Positions 28,519 to 41,879 of a stretch of 64,000 nt of DNA are shown piece by piece. The translations under genes were made by a program, and so were the position numbers. Position 1 is the stretch's first letter. Each line of letters begins with the position of its first letter. The notes under the pieces are model-generated. The model had not been told where the DNA came from. It worked only from the letters and a program-made list of their open reading frames with translations, and searched no databases. This DNA is from Octopus sinensis (Eukaryota), in contig NC_043002.1 of NCBI RefSeq assembly GCF_006345805.1, positions 120,218,001 through 120,282,000 of the forward strand, written 5' to 3'.

Positions 28519-28902
28519 CAATGATAAACAGTAGCAGCAACACATCGTGACGTATATTTGCCATTTGAATATGGCTAACCCCTAAGGGTGGATGCTACTG
28601 TAGTTTGTAGCCCCAGGAAGACACCTGCTCCAGCTGGCTATAGACACACTTTCTGTGCCCTAACAGTATTTGTGAAGGGAAGTCATCCTCCCCGTCTTCA
28701 ACTTACGATACACACGGACTCGAGTTTCAAGGTATTTACCTATCATCGGCGTGTGACAATCATAGTTGTCGACGAGAAGTCAGCTCCCCTCACAAATACA
28801 TATACTTTTTCCAGTATCGATTGACACTAATATTGAAAAAGTGAAATCAAGCAATGATAAATCTCAGAGCGAGTTATAAACAGTATCGACAACACATCGT
28901 GA
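28518..28902 (-). mobile_element. Partial-tandem non-autonomous PLE/retrozyme-like element with an internal hammerhead
   Basis: Terminal redundancy ATAAACAGTA..CAACACATCGTGA at 28524-28550 and 28876-28902 (period 352). HHR at 28711-28755. The 3' end abuts (TA)n. A related truncated copy lies at 6906-7150. Confidence 0.72.
28711..28755 (-). ncRNA. Minimal type-I hammerhead, U4C variant
   Basis: Minus strand reads CACACG CCGATGA T AGGT AAAT ACCT T GAA ACTCGAGT C CGTGTG: 6-bp stem I, 4-bp stem II, perfectly palindromic stem III, site GUC. Confidence 0.8.
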
Positions 28903-29349
28903 TTAAATAAGTACCAGTTACACACTGCGTCGATATAATCGACTTAATGCGTTTGTCTGTCCTAGTTTGTCCTCTCTGTGTTTAACCCCTTGTGGGTAGT
29001 AAAGAAATAGGCATTCACATTTCACTGCATCACAGTGCGGTTCACATACATTTTGAAATTATCTTAAGGCGTTATGCGTGCCTATTTTGGTATCAGCGAT
29101 CGCTTACTAGGGCCTCTGGTTACCATAAATTTTAATTCTTTTAGAAGAAGCCGACCAGAGATTCAGTACCGCGACATACTACTGCTATAATACGAAAACA
29201 AAACAATCCAGAACTATACGAATGTTAAAGGTGTACTAGTGAAAATTTAGTGTCAGCTGCGGGTATTATGTTGCCAATCCTTAAACATCAATTACTGAAT
29301 GCAAAATATACAATCACCTGTTGTTTTTGCATACCAATATGTAAGCGCA

Positions 29350-29441
29350 TGTGCTTGTGTGTGCGTGCGCGCGTGTGTGTGTGTATTCGTGCGTGTGTGT
29401 GTGTGTGTGTGTGTTCGTGCGTGTGTGTGTGTTTGTGTGTT

Positions 29442-29486
<45 letters not shown>

Positions 29487-29535
29487 TCGTGCGTGTGTGT
29501 GTGTATGTGTGTTCGTGCGTGTGTGTGTGTGTGCA

Positions 29536-29591
<56 letters not shown>

Positions 29592-29605
29592 CGTGCGTGT
29601 GTACT
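29350..29605. repeat. (GT)n-derived compound microsatellite
   Basis: Direct reading. Confidence 0.95.
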
Positions 29606-31289
29606 ATGGGTAGTCTGTCTAACCGTTCAGCGAACCACGCACTTTCTTCTAGCCGTCATGCCGAGTGTTTTTTACGTTGTCATATAATTTTTCTCTCTGC
29701 ACACAAACATACATACAAGCACCTGTGTATGTGTGTGTGTGTGTGTGTGTGTATGCGCGCGTGCGCTTGTGTGTGTATTGTTTGTATGTATGTATGGGGT
29801 TGAGTATACATATCAGAGATATGAAATATTGAATGTACTTCTATAAGGATCAGACGACAAATAAATTCCTGTTTCTATTTAGAAAACGACAACGACAATA
29901 ATAACAAACAATGACACAGAATCGATAAAAGTGTGATGACGTTGACAAAAAGACGTATTTAATGAACGGAACATTCTTATCATATAGGCGGCTTCCAACT
30001 AACTCATCAACTGAAGAATAAACTAATTGAACGAAACTTACCTCTTGGACCAACGCCGACCATAGGTTTATCAGATGTATCCATACAGCATGAACAATCG
30101 GAATACGATTGCTCTCACAGCGTTTTCCTGAAGCGATTTAGTCGAACATTTTGCAATGAGGGAATTTGAGCATGTTTGGTGCACATTAGAATAGAGTGTA
30201 CACTAGTATGTAGCCACTTAGTTACGTAGTATATGCTGTAGTATCTTAAGATTCATAAATTTATTGGTGAATATGGTTATTTTACTGTTTATTCTGAGTT
30301 CACTCCAAGTCGTGTAAAATCTATGATCGAAAACATCCAGCCGTGGCTATCCCGTATATTGCATAATCACGACTACATCTTTAACTGTATCTGTTCTTTC
30401 TCACAGCAAAGAGATATGAATAAAGAAAGATTTCCTGCAGATCGACCGACCATGTAAAGGTTTCGCATTTGACTTGGGGTAAATATAACTATGCTAATGT
30501 AGCAAGGCTTTTAAGAATAGTAGGTAAAGGATAGCTACAGGAGTGAAATAACTTTAATGTAAAGACAGGAACAGTAGATGGAAATCGATTATTTTAAACA
30601 GAGATCAGGGCATTATTAAAATATGCGTATCGTTTGTGGAATTGCTATCCGTGAATTCGTGTTGTTATATCTAATGGCGAAGTAACACCTAATTGAAGCG
30701 CTGTTCGCAGGTCTAACTATTGACCATTTAACTACTTGAATAATGAGCCAAATATTATGTATACTCATCATAATGATAGATACAAAATCAAAAATACTAA
30801 TATTAATGATTGGCTGTTTACTCCATCCACAACATGTAGCATTTTGATTACGTTAGGAATTATCATTATTATTTTATAGTGAGGGAGCAATGCATGCCAT
30901 CAAAGTGACACTAGGGTAAAATATGTGATAGAGTAAAAGGGGAAGATAGACAGAGAGAAAAAGTAAAATATTTTTAAAAATGTAAACAGAGAAAATAAAG
31001 GGGAAAAAAGGAAAGAAAATTCACAACGACAATGCTTTTCTTAGTACGTGTGACGTACCAGTTAAGACAATGGATGAGGGCAAAATCATAGCAATGGAAC
31101 AAAGTATGCATAGAATACAAATTTGTAATGGAGTCATTAGGTTGTAGGACCACCATCCAAGGGCCATAACTAAACTCCTGGACTCTCGGAATGTCACATT
31201 CCGAGAGTACGACTATTCACTACGGCCGATATTTTTATTGGAGGACATCACTACTTCACTTTCAACTTCTGTTCTAATTTGAAATTCAA

Positions 31290-31660
31290 AATTCGACAGT
31301 CTTTAGTACATCAATGTCATCTACCACACACAATCTCTTTTGTCATACCCTCCTCGGACAGACCATCACTTCATAATGGATCCGTTAGATTGTCAAATCC
31401 GTCCAACACCTGAGGACAGTTATTTAACATGCCTCTTCAAGTCTCTAATAATTGAGCAGAACTGCTTCTTCACTCTGAATACCTCTGGAATATACAATGT
31501 AAGTGGTACTTCCATGCTTGTATATCTCAAATTATTTAGCAATGCTATCAAGCAGCCAAGGAACTTTTGAAATTATCCATAATTTCCATACCCCAGAATA
31601 AGCCACTCGGTTGATCCTTGTCGACGCGCAGAGTTTCTTCAAAATCGATTTCACCTTACT
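31290..31660 (+). pseudogene. Possible highly degenerate PLE RT fragment
   Basis: DSL*YINV and SLIIEQNCFFTLN..YNVSGTSM resemble the RT SLYTNI and LILxQNYFxFN..YxQxxGTxMG motifs. Weak match. Confidence 0.35.
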
Positions 31661-32449
31661 CCACCACTATCTTCCGATGGATTGCTAACGGGAAGGTTCC
31701 ATCGAAATCACCACCTGATCAGCAGAGATAGAGAGAGATGAATACTAATGACAACATTCTAAGTGCTGAAACACATAACTTTACACAAAAAGAAGAGCGA
31801 AAGATCCAACCTGAGTAGACAAAAGCTAGGGAAAGGCACACTATTCAGGTGGTAGGTAATAACAGAATGTCTGTATGTTCTCGCCATCCCTTCCTAATTC
31901 CTGCTTCCTTCTCAACTGATTTCGAAATGAAACCAGCTGTCTTGCTGTAATAATAATCAGCTTTTGTATGTTGGCAGTCTGAAGTTATACGAGACAAACT
32001 ATAAATAACCAGAAACATTGGGACAGACAGGCAGATAGAGTATAGATTTACGTACGACTTTGATAAAACATTCGGATTTGAAAAATTTGACCAAAAAACC
32101 TTGGGCAGAAAAGTATTGTTTAAGAAAAGTAATATCATGCTAGATTTTTTTAAAATGCTCTAAGAGAATTTCATTAAATACAGGTATGCAAATACATTGG
32201 TATTATTTAACTAGATAGTGTACAAAACACGCAAGTGGCCGATTAATGCTTAAAACAAAGCTCAGTGCAAAATCAATACTGTAGCTATCCCAGTCCATAA
32301 GTCATAGTTATAGTCAAATGAACAGGGATGGCTACACCGAAAAAATAATGACCTACTCCTAAATCTGACATATATTATGTTTATCACGAATGCTGAAATA
32401 TAATGTAGGCTGATTGCAATAGCAAATATGAATTTTGGATAACACGAAG

Positions 32450-32960
32450 AAAACATTAGTCAAAGAAATACTGTAACAATGGCTGAGACATTTACGTATC
32501 AGAGCTGAGACTAAAAGGTTCTAAAGATTGTTGACTGCGACACAATATAAAAGCCTTTCTGACCGAAATTGCATAGCATCTGGACCAGGACATGTTGCAG
32601 TAGAGAAAAGTAGTTAACCACATACATTGTCTTTGACTTCTTATTCCCAGTTAAGATAAAAATATATACAGAGTTGGAGGCTATAAGCAGAGAAAGTTAT
32701 GCCAGCACTATAAAATTCCAGTAGAAAAGTAGAAAGATAAACATATAGGAGAAAAGGTTCCGTGGTGAAACAAAACCATCATATGCCACAATCTGGCAGA
32801 TACAAACATCATGGTTAATCTGCCAAATATATTAAACGGCCACCAGGAAAGGAGATGCCTAATAACTGAAGTACCAGTTGCAACAGATTATCTTCCTCAC
32901 AGAGGGAAGTAGAAATTATCCAAATATTAAATTCGGAACACAGAAATAATCAGAATGAGT
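32450..32960 (+). pseudogene. Old R4/Dong-like endonuclease-domain fragment
   Basis: VVNHIHCL, LCQHYKIPVEK*KDKH, an NLP(N)IL motif resembling RPDI, and CLITEVPV, all interrupted by stops and frameshifts. Confidence 0.5.
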
Positions 32961-33177
32961 GGAGAGAGACAGAAGCAATTGTTATCATATTACGCACTTT
33001 CGGATTTATTACAAATAGATATGCAGGCAAATCACTAAACAATCCCCAGCATATATAAATAAACACAAGATAGAGAAAATAGCACAAATTATACAGCGGC
33101 AATTAGATAGGTAGATAGATAGACAGACAGATATGCAGACAGACAGAAAGAAAGATAGATGGATGGATATATATATA

Positions 33178-33319
<142 letters not shown>

Positions 33320-33612
33320 GGATAGATGTACATGTTAATATATCTTGATATTGATGTTTAATCTCGTGAATGAAGGCATGCATACAGATATATGTACTGA
33401 GTTGTACAAGATTGTCAAGCTGGAAACATTCATATGCTGGAAGTAGTTGAAGTTTCTCGATATATTACAACATAAATATCAATAACTTATATTTCCTTGC
33501 ATTCCAACTTTAGTACTTCTAATTGATGGGACCTCTGCTATTTAATATGAAAAAAAACTCCTCTCGTACTACTCCATAGCATAAATTTTACATACGTGTT
33601 TGCATAGAAAAC

Positions 33613-33644
<32 letters not shown>

Positions 33645-36191
33645 CATATTTGTTTGCATGAAATATCATATTACGTATTTTCACTTCCACGATATTATAC
33701 CGTATAGAATCCACAGAAACGTCCAAACCTTCATCTAATTGACTAAAGTAACTAATTGGACAAGTTAGAAATCAATACTTTGCTTTGTCTTTGTTTCTTA
33801 GCTATCGATTTTGATACTAAATTTGCATTTTTTTCTTTACGTTTGATTTTAATTTATTTATATATTTTTTGTTTATGTTGCATTTGCATTTATATTCAAG
33901 CTTATTTTAAATCTTAGTCATTTGTTTTTAGATTTCAGTCCGTATCTCATCACTACGTAGCAATATAATAACATGCAAAGAAGCACAATGTCAAAAACTC
34001 AGCAATATTATAATTGTAACATTTCTCTTGGTTCTCATGATTTATTGAAATTATTCTGATGTTTTACGTATTTTATATTGATTTATATGTAATGCGTTAT
34101 ATTTTGTTGTACTCCTATCTTTAAAAGCATTCATTCCGTGTCAATTTGACCCCGGTATTTTGACGAATCTATGGCTGTTACGCCATAAATACCTAAATTT
34201 TGGGAGTTTGTGAAGTATTTAAGTCAAGAACTAATTGAAATAACAATAATTAGCATTTAATTAAGTGAGATTTTCAATCGAAACTTGTATCCAGTTCTTT
34301 TTCGGTGTTATAGAAAAGCGGCGGCTCAACGTTGAACAAATCTGTTGAGGCAAATTAGAAATAATAAAGCAAGAATGCTCACGGTGTGGAAAAAGAATAG
34401 TAGGGAAAGATATATTTTTAAGAGACATTACAACAACAACAACAAAAATATGTAACTAAACCATAATTTTAAATGCTGTAATATTAGGAAATTTAGATAA
34501 GGGAACGCCATTATTATTTTTATAATATACAAGCAAAACCTTTAGATGTTTTGTGCAAAATATATATTTTCATCACGCTAATTTAAGGTTAAGTGGCTAC
34601 ATATTTGTGATGCTTGAAAGTAAAGGAAATAGAAACAAAAATGTTAACCTAAAAAATGCAATATCATGGCTGAGATATTTGTTACTCATTCAAGTATCTC
34701 TGTTATGATTATTTCAGAGAATTTAGATCCGATCAGTTTGTAAATGTTTCCTACTCATGCCAACGCGATGATAATCAATTAAAATCTCCTTTATTTTCTT
34801 GTAATTTATAGTGCTCAATCTATAGAATTCATAGCTTTATCATTTGTGATAGATAAACGATCTGATACGTCTTTTAAATATTTTGCATCCATTTTCATAA
34901 AACATTTGCTCGCGTTATAACAAATTCCTTATTGATTTCTTACATAAGCAAAAAGCCTGAGATCTGACGGGAAAGGAAATTGCTGTTTCAAAAAGAATGC
35001 ATTAGCTGCGTAAAAGTAAAGGCTTATTTTCAAGTGGGTTATATTACTAATTGCACTTCATTTAACTCAGATGTGAACGGTAATTTTTAAACTTTTTGCT
35101 ATTATTAAAAGGCCATTATAAAAAACCTAAATTCAGGGATATTGTGATAAGTAGAAATATATATATTAAAACTATTCACAACCTGGCTTTGTCTCAAAAA
35201 TATATCGTCACATCTCACTTTCTTTAACTATAATATTTGCCAGGCTTCTTACTTATGTAACAAATTGTGATTTACATGCAATATATGATCCTTGCCATAT
35301 ACTCCATGTAATTTATCGCATTATGGTGGTATTTTGTTTGCATGAAACAAATTATTTTGTCAAATTAGAATATAATTACATCATTCTCTAGATAATTTCT
35401 GCCTGTTTAATCGTTGGACAGAATTTAAGTTGTAAAGTGCTTTCATGGTTGTTACGAGAACCATTTCTAGATTATATATCAGAGATGGAGCAAATATAGT
35501 ATAATAGTGAGGGGATATAGTATCAGATTTTCTTCGCTTGCGCTTAAATCTTACGCGGCTTGCACCTTGGATTGAACAATAGCAGGGATGTATGTCCAGG
35601 ATGTGCTACAAGGACATTAATTATATTTTACTTTCATGCAATAATTATCAACATAACACAATATTTGTTAACAAAAAACAAATTTTTAAACGATATGCAA
35701 TTTCATAAAATGAGAAACAATTTTCAGCACATCCTGCTCTTACTCCCTCGGTACGCCAATGGACGATAATATATGCATTTTTGCTGCCAGTCAGATTCAG
35801 ACGAGTATTATGGAACGCTTCCATATGAAAAATATTCATGAATCTTTAAGTTTGCTAAATGCACTCTGAACTTTGTCCTTTTTTACAAATTTCTCTCATA
35901 TATATTTTGTATAACCTAGTACATATTTCTCTATTGATTCCTTTACTTATTTTAAGATCGCTAAATTTTCTGCTTTCAATGGAGGAGTTGGAGATTGAAG
36001 CTTTCCTGAATTATGGACATTTCATTGCTTTTAAGCGCCGATAAACTTTGCACTTTTACTGCTTTTCTTTAATGCTTACAAGAATTTCTGGAATGGTTTT
36101 TTAATCGTTTCATATTCAATTTCTTCTATATACTGGCTTAGATTACGTTATTAAATTTCAACTCAAGCATTTGTATTTTCAATGATTTCAG

Positions 36192-36346
36192 ATTTTCATG
36201 GAGTTCATGCTGCCAAACTGGAAGACACACAAAGACTACATCGAGATTTATTTCACCGTTACAATACCATGGTACGCCCGATCCAGGATCAAGACAAACC
36301 TGTTACAATTAATATGGATTTATATCTCATGAGTATTACGTCACTG
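36192..36346 (+). CDS. Cys-loop ligand-gated ion channel (nAChR-like / chemotactile-receptor-like), N-terminal exon (equivalent to nAChR exon 2)
   Basis: Acceptor TTTCAG ends at 36191 and donor GTCAGT starts at 36347. 155 bp, phase 1 to 0. Encodes (D)FHGVHAAKLEDTQRLHRDLFHRYNTMVRPIQDQDKPVTINMDLYLMSITSL, matching the nAChR N-terminal helix plus YxxxxRP motif. The upstream signal-peptide exon was not identified. Confidence 0.9.
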
Positions 36347-37154
36347 GTCAGTACTAATGATTTTAGTTTTTGTTTAATTTATGAATCGAGGATTACACAC
36401 AGTCACAACGTGATAAATTCTATAAGTATAGTTCGTGTTTGAATCTCTTTGGAGATATGTTGTAATGTAATGTTGATAATTTCAGAATCCATTATTTCGT
36501 AATCCCTTAAAATAATATTATCAGATCTGAATATGCATGTCAAACATTTTATTTATCTATCAATTAAAACATCCAAAGTATTTTAGCAAATAATGGGAGC
36601 TCTGCATCCTATATCCCTTCAGGTAACCTCACACGACTTATATCCATAAAACCTGATGTCACTTTGAATCCGTGCTGCTGCTTTATAGAATAAAACTAAT
36701 GTTTATAATTTCTGAAGGAAATTCAAACTCGGAAGCAATATTGTTTTAATTCTTGGTGTAGTCGTAGTTCTCGATTTCGTCGTCAGTCGCTACCGATGGC
36801 AGTCAAGCTGATTAAGTTTGATTAAAGAGAAATCGGTGCAATTTAGTATCGTAGTTTGAATAATCATTCCTTTCCTACCACTTCTCACAGTTCAGTGGGA
36901 GTAAATATTTTGTTGTCAGCGTGATTTTAAACATTAACATTCCGGATATGGTGTAATTTTTGTCATAAAAGAGGTCTCCAATTGCTGCTTTCCACTTCAC
37001 ACAATGACCTAATGATTTCTTATTTAACAAATTATTCTCTCACCAAAATAACTGATTAAATATACAAAAACAACATATTCCCAACAAAACAATTAGCAAT
37101 ATAATCAACAGCAGCAGCAGCAACAACAACAACAATAATAATAATAATAATAAT

Positions 37155-37404
37155 CCTAAAGCAACCCTTATTCAGGGACCTTTGGAGCAGGATGGGCTAC
37201 TCGACCTGAAGAAAATCCTAACTGGGCCCCCCCCTGCTAGGTCATGTGCTGTTTATCTTGATATGAGATCACCATGTCGCGCACATATGGTTGTGATGCA
37301 TGTGCCTGGTGTACCCTTATCAGACGGGTAGTCATGATGGGTATGCTGGGCTTCGTATATTTTACCCCAGTGTCACTTTGATGGCATGCACTGCTCTCTC
37401 ACTC
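37155..37404 (+). mobile_element. Non-coding interspersed repeat inserted in (AAT)n
   Basis: (AAT)n on both sides. Its 3' motif CCCCAGTGTCACTTTGATGGCATGCACTGCTC recurs reverse-complemented at about 30883-30925. Confidence 0.55.
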
Positions 37405-37445
<41 letters not shown>

Positions 37446-37730
37446 TAATAATAACAATATGAGATTATGAATAAGTAGAAGTTTAAAAAGAAAGAAAACA
37501 AAAAAAACATATAAAGTAGAGGCTGGAGGATGAAAAGAAGGAAAGGATGAAACTGAGGAGGTGTGTAAGTATGGTGAGGCGTAAATTTATAAGCGCACGA
37601 TAATGATAGTCATTGATTGTAAAGGACGACAATATAATAGCATGGAATAGATGTGGTATCATATAGGTTTTGTCATATCTCAGTTACGATTAAACACTAG
37701 TAAACAGTTCAAGCATATATTATTACGTTT

Positions 37731-37943
37731 TAAGGCGGCACGCCGGGCAAAATGCGTAGCCGCATTTCGTCTGTCGTTACGTTCCGAGTTCAAATTCCGC
37801 CGAGGTCGACTTTGCCTTTCATCCTTTCGGGGTCGATAAATTAAGTACCAGTTACGCACTGGGGTCGATGTAATCGACTTAATCCCTTTGTCTGTCCTTG
37901 TTTGTCCCCTCTGTGTTTAGCCCCTTGTGGGTAGTAAAGAAAT
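37731..37943 (+). mobile_element. SINE of the same abundant family (other copies about 840-1035, 2151-2300, 11567-11788, 15895-16310, 28903-29012, 48268-48528, 50670-50830)
   Basis: GAGTTCAAATTCCGCCGAGGTCGACTTTGCCTTTCATCCTTTCGGGGTCGAT core. Flanked by a TATTATTACGT duplication. Confidence 0.82.
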
Positions 37944-38297
37944 ATATATTATTATTACGTGCAATGTGATGCTTGAGAAGTCAGAAAGGTTTGAATAAGA
38001 AACGTGTCACGTGACAACTAGAACATGTTGAGATAGACTAGTACTAAACAAGTGGAGAGCGTAAAGTCTCAGCGTCTACAAGGGATTTGGGATTAAAAGA
38101 ATAGTTATGATTATGGCTTAGAGGGGAGGGTCATTATGTCAATAAAATTATTCGTACTGGATGTAAGTGTAAGTCCATATTGTCAATTAATTAAAGTATT
38201 TTTGATTTGCCGTACGAATACTTCATTTTCAATGTCCTCGTTTTTTCGGGAAAATATTTTCTACCAATAAGTAGAAAATAATTATAATAATAAGAAT

Positions 38298-38439
38298 AGG
38301 CGCAGGAGTGACTGTGTGGTAAGTAGCTTGCTAACCAACCACACGGTTCCGGGTTCAATCCCACTGCGTGGTATCTGCCGACCAATGCCTTGTGAGTGGA
38401 TTTGGTAGACGGAAACTGAAAGAAGCCTGTCGTATATAT

Positions 38440-38477
<38 letters not shown>

Positions 38478-38693
38478 TTGTGTGTCTGTGTTTGTCCCCC
38501 TATCATTGCTTGACGACCGATGCTGGTGTGTTTATGTCCCCGTAACCAAGCGGTTCGGCAAAAGAGACCGATAGAATAAGTACTGGGTTTACAAAGAATA
38601 AGTCCCGGGGTCGAGTTGCTCGACTAAAGGCGGTGCTCCAGCTTGGCCGCAGTCAAATGACTGAAACAAGTAAAAGAATAAAAGAGTAAAAGA
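38298..38693 (+). mobile_element. Same SINE family, + strand, with an internal deletion
   Basis: Head AGGCGCAGGAGTG..GGGTTCAATCCC and tail AAAAGAGTAAAAGA. Confidence 0.85.
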
Positions 38694-38914
38694 CTATCTG
38701 TTTCAATTAACGATTTCTGGCCAAGAGCCTCGCGGAAATAATAAAGGAGAAAAATATCGAGTAATATATGTTATAATAGGAAAACAATTCTTTGTCTCTA
38801 TTGTTATCTTAGAAAGATTAACTCATAATTGGATATCGTAATGAACTGAAACCTGGTGGATAGCAATGACGAACTCATAATGAAAAAATCTCTGCCGACT
38901 CAAATTATAGTAAA

Positions 38915-39313
38915 CTAATTATAGTATCGCCCGGCGTTGCTCGGGTTTGTAAGGGAAATAACTATATAAGCATTTTTAGGGATGTAAAGTATAATAGCCA
39001 TCTCAATATGGCTAACCACAAAGGGAGGGGTGTTACTGTAGCTTTTTACGTTCTGAGATTTAATAATAAATTTTTAGAGAGTTACTTCCCTTATATATGC
39101 CAAAAATGCATTAAAAATGGGGAAAATTGATGGTAATTTTTTTTTAAATCGTAGACTCATCGTAGACGCGCGCTAATACCCAGAAGGGCTCGATATGAAT
39201 CACGACTATAATATACCCGGTTTTGGTTACACTGCACCGCAAAATGTGGGAGTAGTTAGGAATCTAAATCGTAGGAGACAGACAGCACACAACCTCTCTT
39301 TTATATATAAAGA
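38915..39313 (-). mobile_element. Non-autonomous Helitron
   Basis: Minus strand starts TCTTTATATATAAAA and ends with the hairpin CCCG-AGCAACGC-CGGG followed by ...TTAG. Inserted between A and T with no TSD. Confidence 0.75.
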
Positions 39314-39826
39314 TTATCCCAAACTGTCATGAAGTGGTATAAATATCTATGATGACATTGAGGTTAAATTTAGTGTATCAGATGTGTAAGAGAATAACTT
39401 ACTTGCCTAAACTCAAAATTTGAGTTTATTATGACATAAAGATTATTATTTCGAGATTATTATGCTATACAGTTCACAGCGACACACACACACACACATA
39501 ATAAGCATTAAGTGACATGAAGTTAAGTGAGGCATACAACAGCCATTCTAACATTAAATTGCCAAACGGAACACAAATAGGAAGAAATTTAACATGAGCG
39601 ATGCGAAGCTGTAACAGAGCATATTCAGTTTCAAGGTAAACAAACGGAAATCTTTACGAAATCATATTACATTTGTGTAAAGTTGTTTAAAGTTAAGAGA
39701 AACCGTGACAGAATTCAGTAAAGCACGTTAATGAGAACATTTTTTTTCTAACACGATACAATATATCACTTTTATTCAGATATTGTTTTTATTCCACCTA
39801 TCGTCACAGCGATGATACACTCTACT

Positions 39827-40199
39827 TGGAGGCGCAATGGCCCAGTGGTTAGGGCAGCGGACTCGCGGTCATAGGATCGCGGTTTCGATTCCCAGACCGG
39901 GCGTTGTGAGTGTTTATTGAGCGAAAACACCTAAAGCTCCCCGAGGCTCCGGCAGGGGATGGTGGTGATCCCTGCTGTACTCTTTCGCTACAACTTTCTC
40001 TCACTCTTTCTTCCTGTTTCTGTTGTACCTGTATTTCAAAGGGCCGGCCTTGTCACGCTGAATATCCCCGAGAACTACGTTAAGGGTACACGTGTCTGTG
40101 GAGTGCTCAGCCACTTACACGTTAATTTCACGAGCAGGCTGTTCCGTTGATTCGGATCAACCGGAACCCTCGTCGTCGTAACCGATGGAGTGCTTCCCC
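39827..40199 (+). mobile_element. Full-length tRNA-derived SINE
   Basis: A-box TGGCCCAGTGG and B-box GTTTCGATTCC. 10-bp TSD ACACTCTACT at 39817-39826 and 40200-40209. Confidence 0.85.
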
Positions 40200-41310
40200 A
40201 CACTCTACTCCAGAATGTATATTTGCCACTATGTAATGGCTCATCATTAAAGTAAAATACCAGGTTTTCAACGTGTTAATATATATTTGATCTGTGCGTG
40301 CTGTTCACTCGCTGGATATCAATGCCTGGCCGCGCGAAGTGTATTTGCTTTTCTTTGTAACTCTGACTTCTATGATAGTAATAGTTTGATACAATTGCTA
40401 GGTAGATATGAATGATATTTCATCATTAAAGACTACATTGTGGGTGAGAAGATCAAACAGTCAGACGTTTAAAAGCCTTTAGCTTTAAACTGCTATTCGA
40501 GAGCACTACACATATACCGTAAAATGATGATGAGCCTAACACAGCAATATCAAAATAGGGAAACACTATTACTCTCATGTTTTAGTAAGTTTGAACTTGA
40601 GTTCAAACTTACTAAAACATGAGAGAAATTCAATATGTTATTTTCAAAATGATATGGATAACGCTTCTATGTTGTCACTTATAATCCTGGGCTAGATGGA
40701 CTGAAAGGTAAAACGTTTCCAGTTAAAAAGGAGTAAAAATATAACATAGGAAGTGTTTTATAACCGGTTCGGCTCTTTCAAATCTCTTACAAAGCTCATA
40801 ACTTTCAGAGGCTGTTAAAATATATGCAGGTAATTGTTGACACCCAAGCAACAGCTACTTGGGAATAAATTCTTAAATATTCTCTGTCTTCTATACTAGC
40901 AACGGATATTGGTGCGTGGTGGGTTCCTTTGATGTTACACGCGAAATTTTTAGGGTAAAAATGTTTCACCAAGTAAAATATAAACTAACAACAGAGAGAC
41001 TTGAGAGAAAATTTACGGAAAACATAGAATAGAAACGTAACGAAGTAAAAACTAGTAATTAGATATTACATATATGATTTTTTTTAAATTGATCATCCTT
41101 CATTTAAGTCATCATTCACCTTTTACTTGTTTCAGTCAATAGACCACGGCTAGGTTGGGGCATAACTTTCAATGGTTTAGTCGAATCAATCTGGCACTTA
41201 TCTTCTCAGTTATCGAACTGCTAAGTTACATGGACGCAAACTAACCAACACTGGTTATCGAGGGTGTGCGAGAGAAGCACAATGGCACGCACACACATTA
41301 TATATATATA

Positions 41311-41491
41311 GGAAGAGTTTACGAAAAAAACAAAAGACGAAGACAGGTGGTGTACAAATCAAACAGATGTATTAGTATAACGCTCAGGAATAGAAAAAGT
41401 CTTTTACGTTTCGAGCCTACGCTCTTCTACAGAAAGGAACACAGAAAAAACAAGGAGAGAAAAAAAGGTGTAGTGGCTAACGATCTATCAT

Positions 41492-41493
<2 letters not shown>
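41311..41493 (-). mobile_element. pLTR-like insert in (TA)n with a variant hammerhead at 41401-41436
   Basis: Minus strand: CTTT CTGTAGA A GAGC GTAG GCTC GAA ACGT A AAAG (core A6U), followed by TTCCTGAGCG. Confidence 0.62.
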
Positions 41494-41529
<36 letters not shown>

Positions 41530-41879
41530 ATATATATATCACCCATATATATATGGATGGCAGCCGTCCATACAGTTTACGTCAACCAAATTCTTTCACA
41601 GTCCGGCGTTTTATTAGAAGCGCAACGCAGCAATACTGAACCAGAAAACACGTGTTTGCGAGCTTCTTAACCACACGGCCATACCTACACCTAATTGTAG
41701 GCTTTTAATCTAAAGGATGAAGTAGTGATATGGCTTTAGGTTACATCGATGCTGGGAATGAAATACAGGGAAGACTGAAATGTTTGACAGTAGTGTATAG
41801 AATTTTTTTTTAAAGAACTTAAAGGCACTTAAGGTATATCAACGATAAATTTCATCTGTCATCCTTTTAACCGCCACTA

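Noticed and set aside
30042-30127. Minus-strand 86-nt segment with a strong GAG|GTAAGT donor and one open frame
   Set aside because: The peptide is unrecognisable and no partner exons were found.
31182-31208. 13-bp-arm palindrome with a 1-nt centre, resembling the giant palindrome's centre (GGAATGT..ACATTCC)
   Set aside because: Too short; the similarity is probably coincidental.
33973-34047. Hydrophobic stretch KLSNIIIVTFLLVLMIY as the receptor signal-peptide exon
   Set aside because: No in-frame ATG, it ends in a stop, and there is no good phase-1 donor.
36182-36191. In-frame ATG as the receptor start codon
   Set aside because: It gives no signal peptide and overlaps a good acceptor site, so it is more likely intronic.
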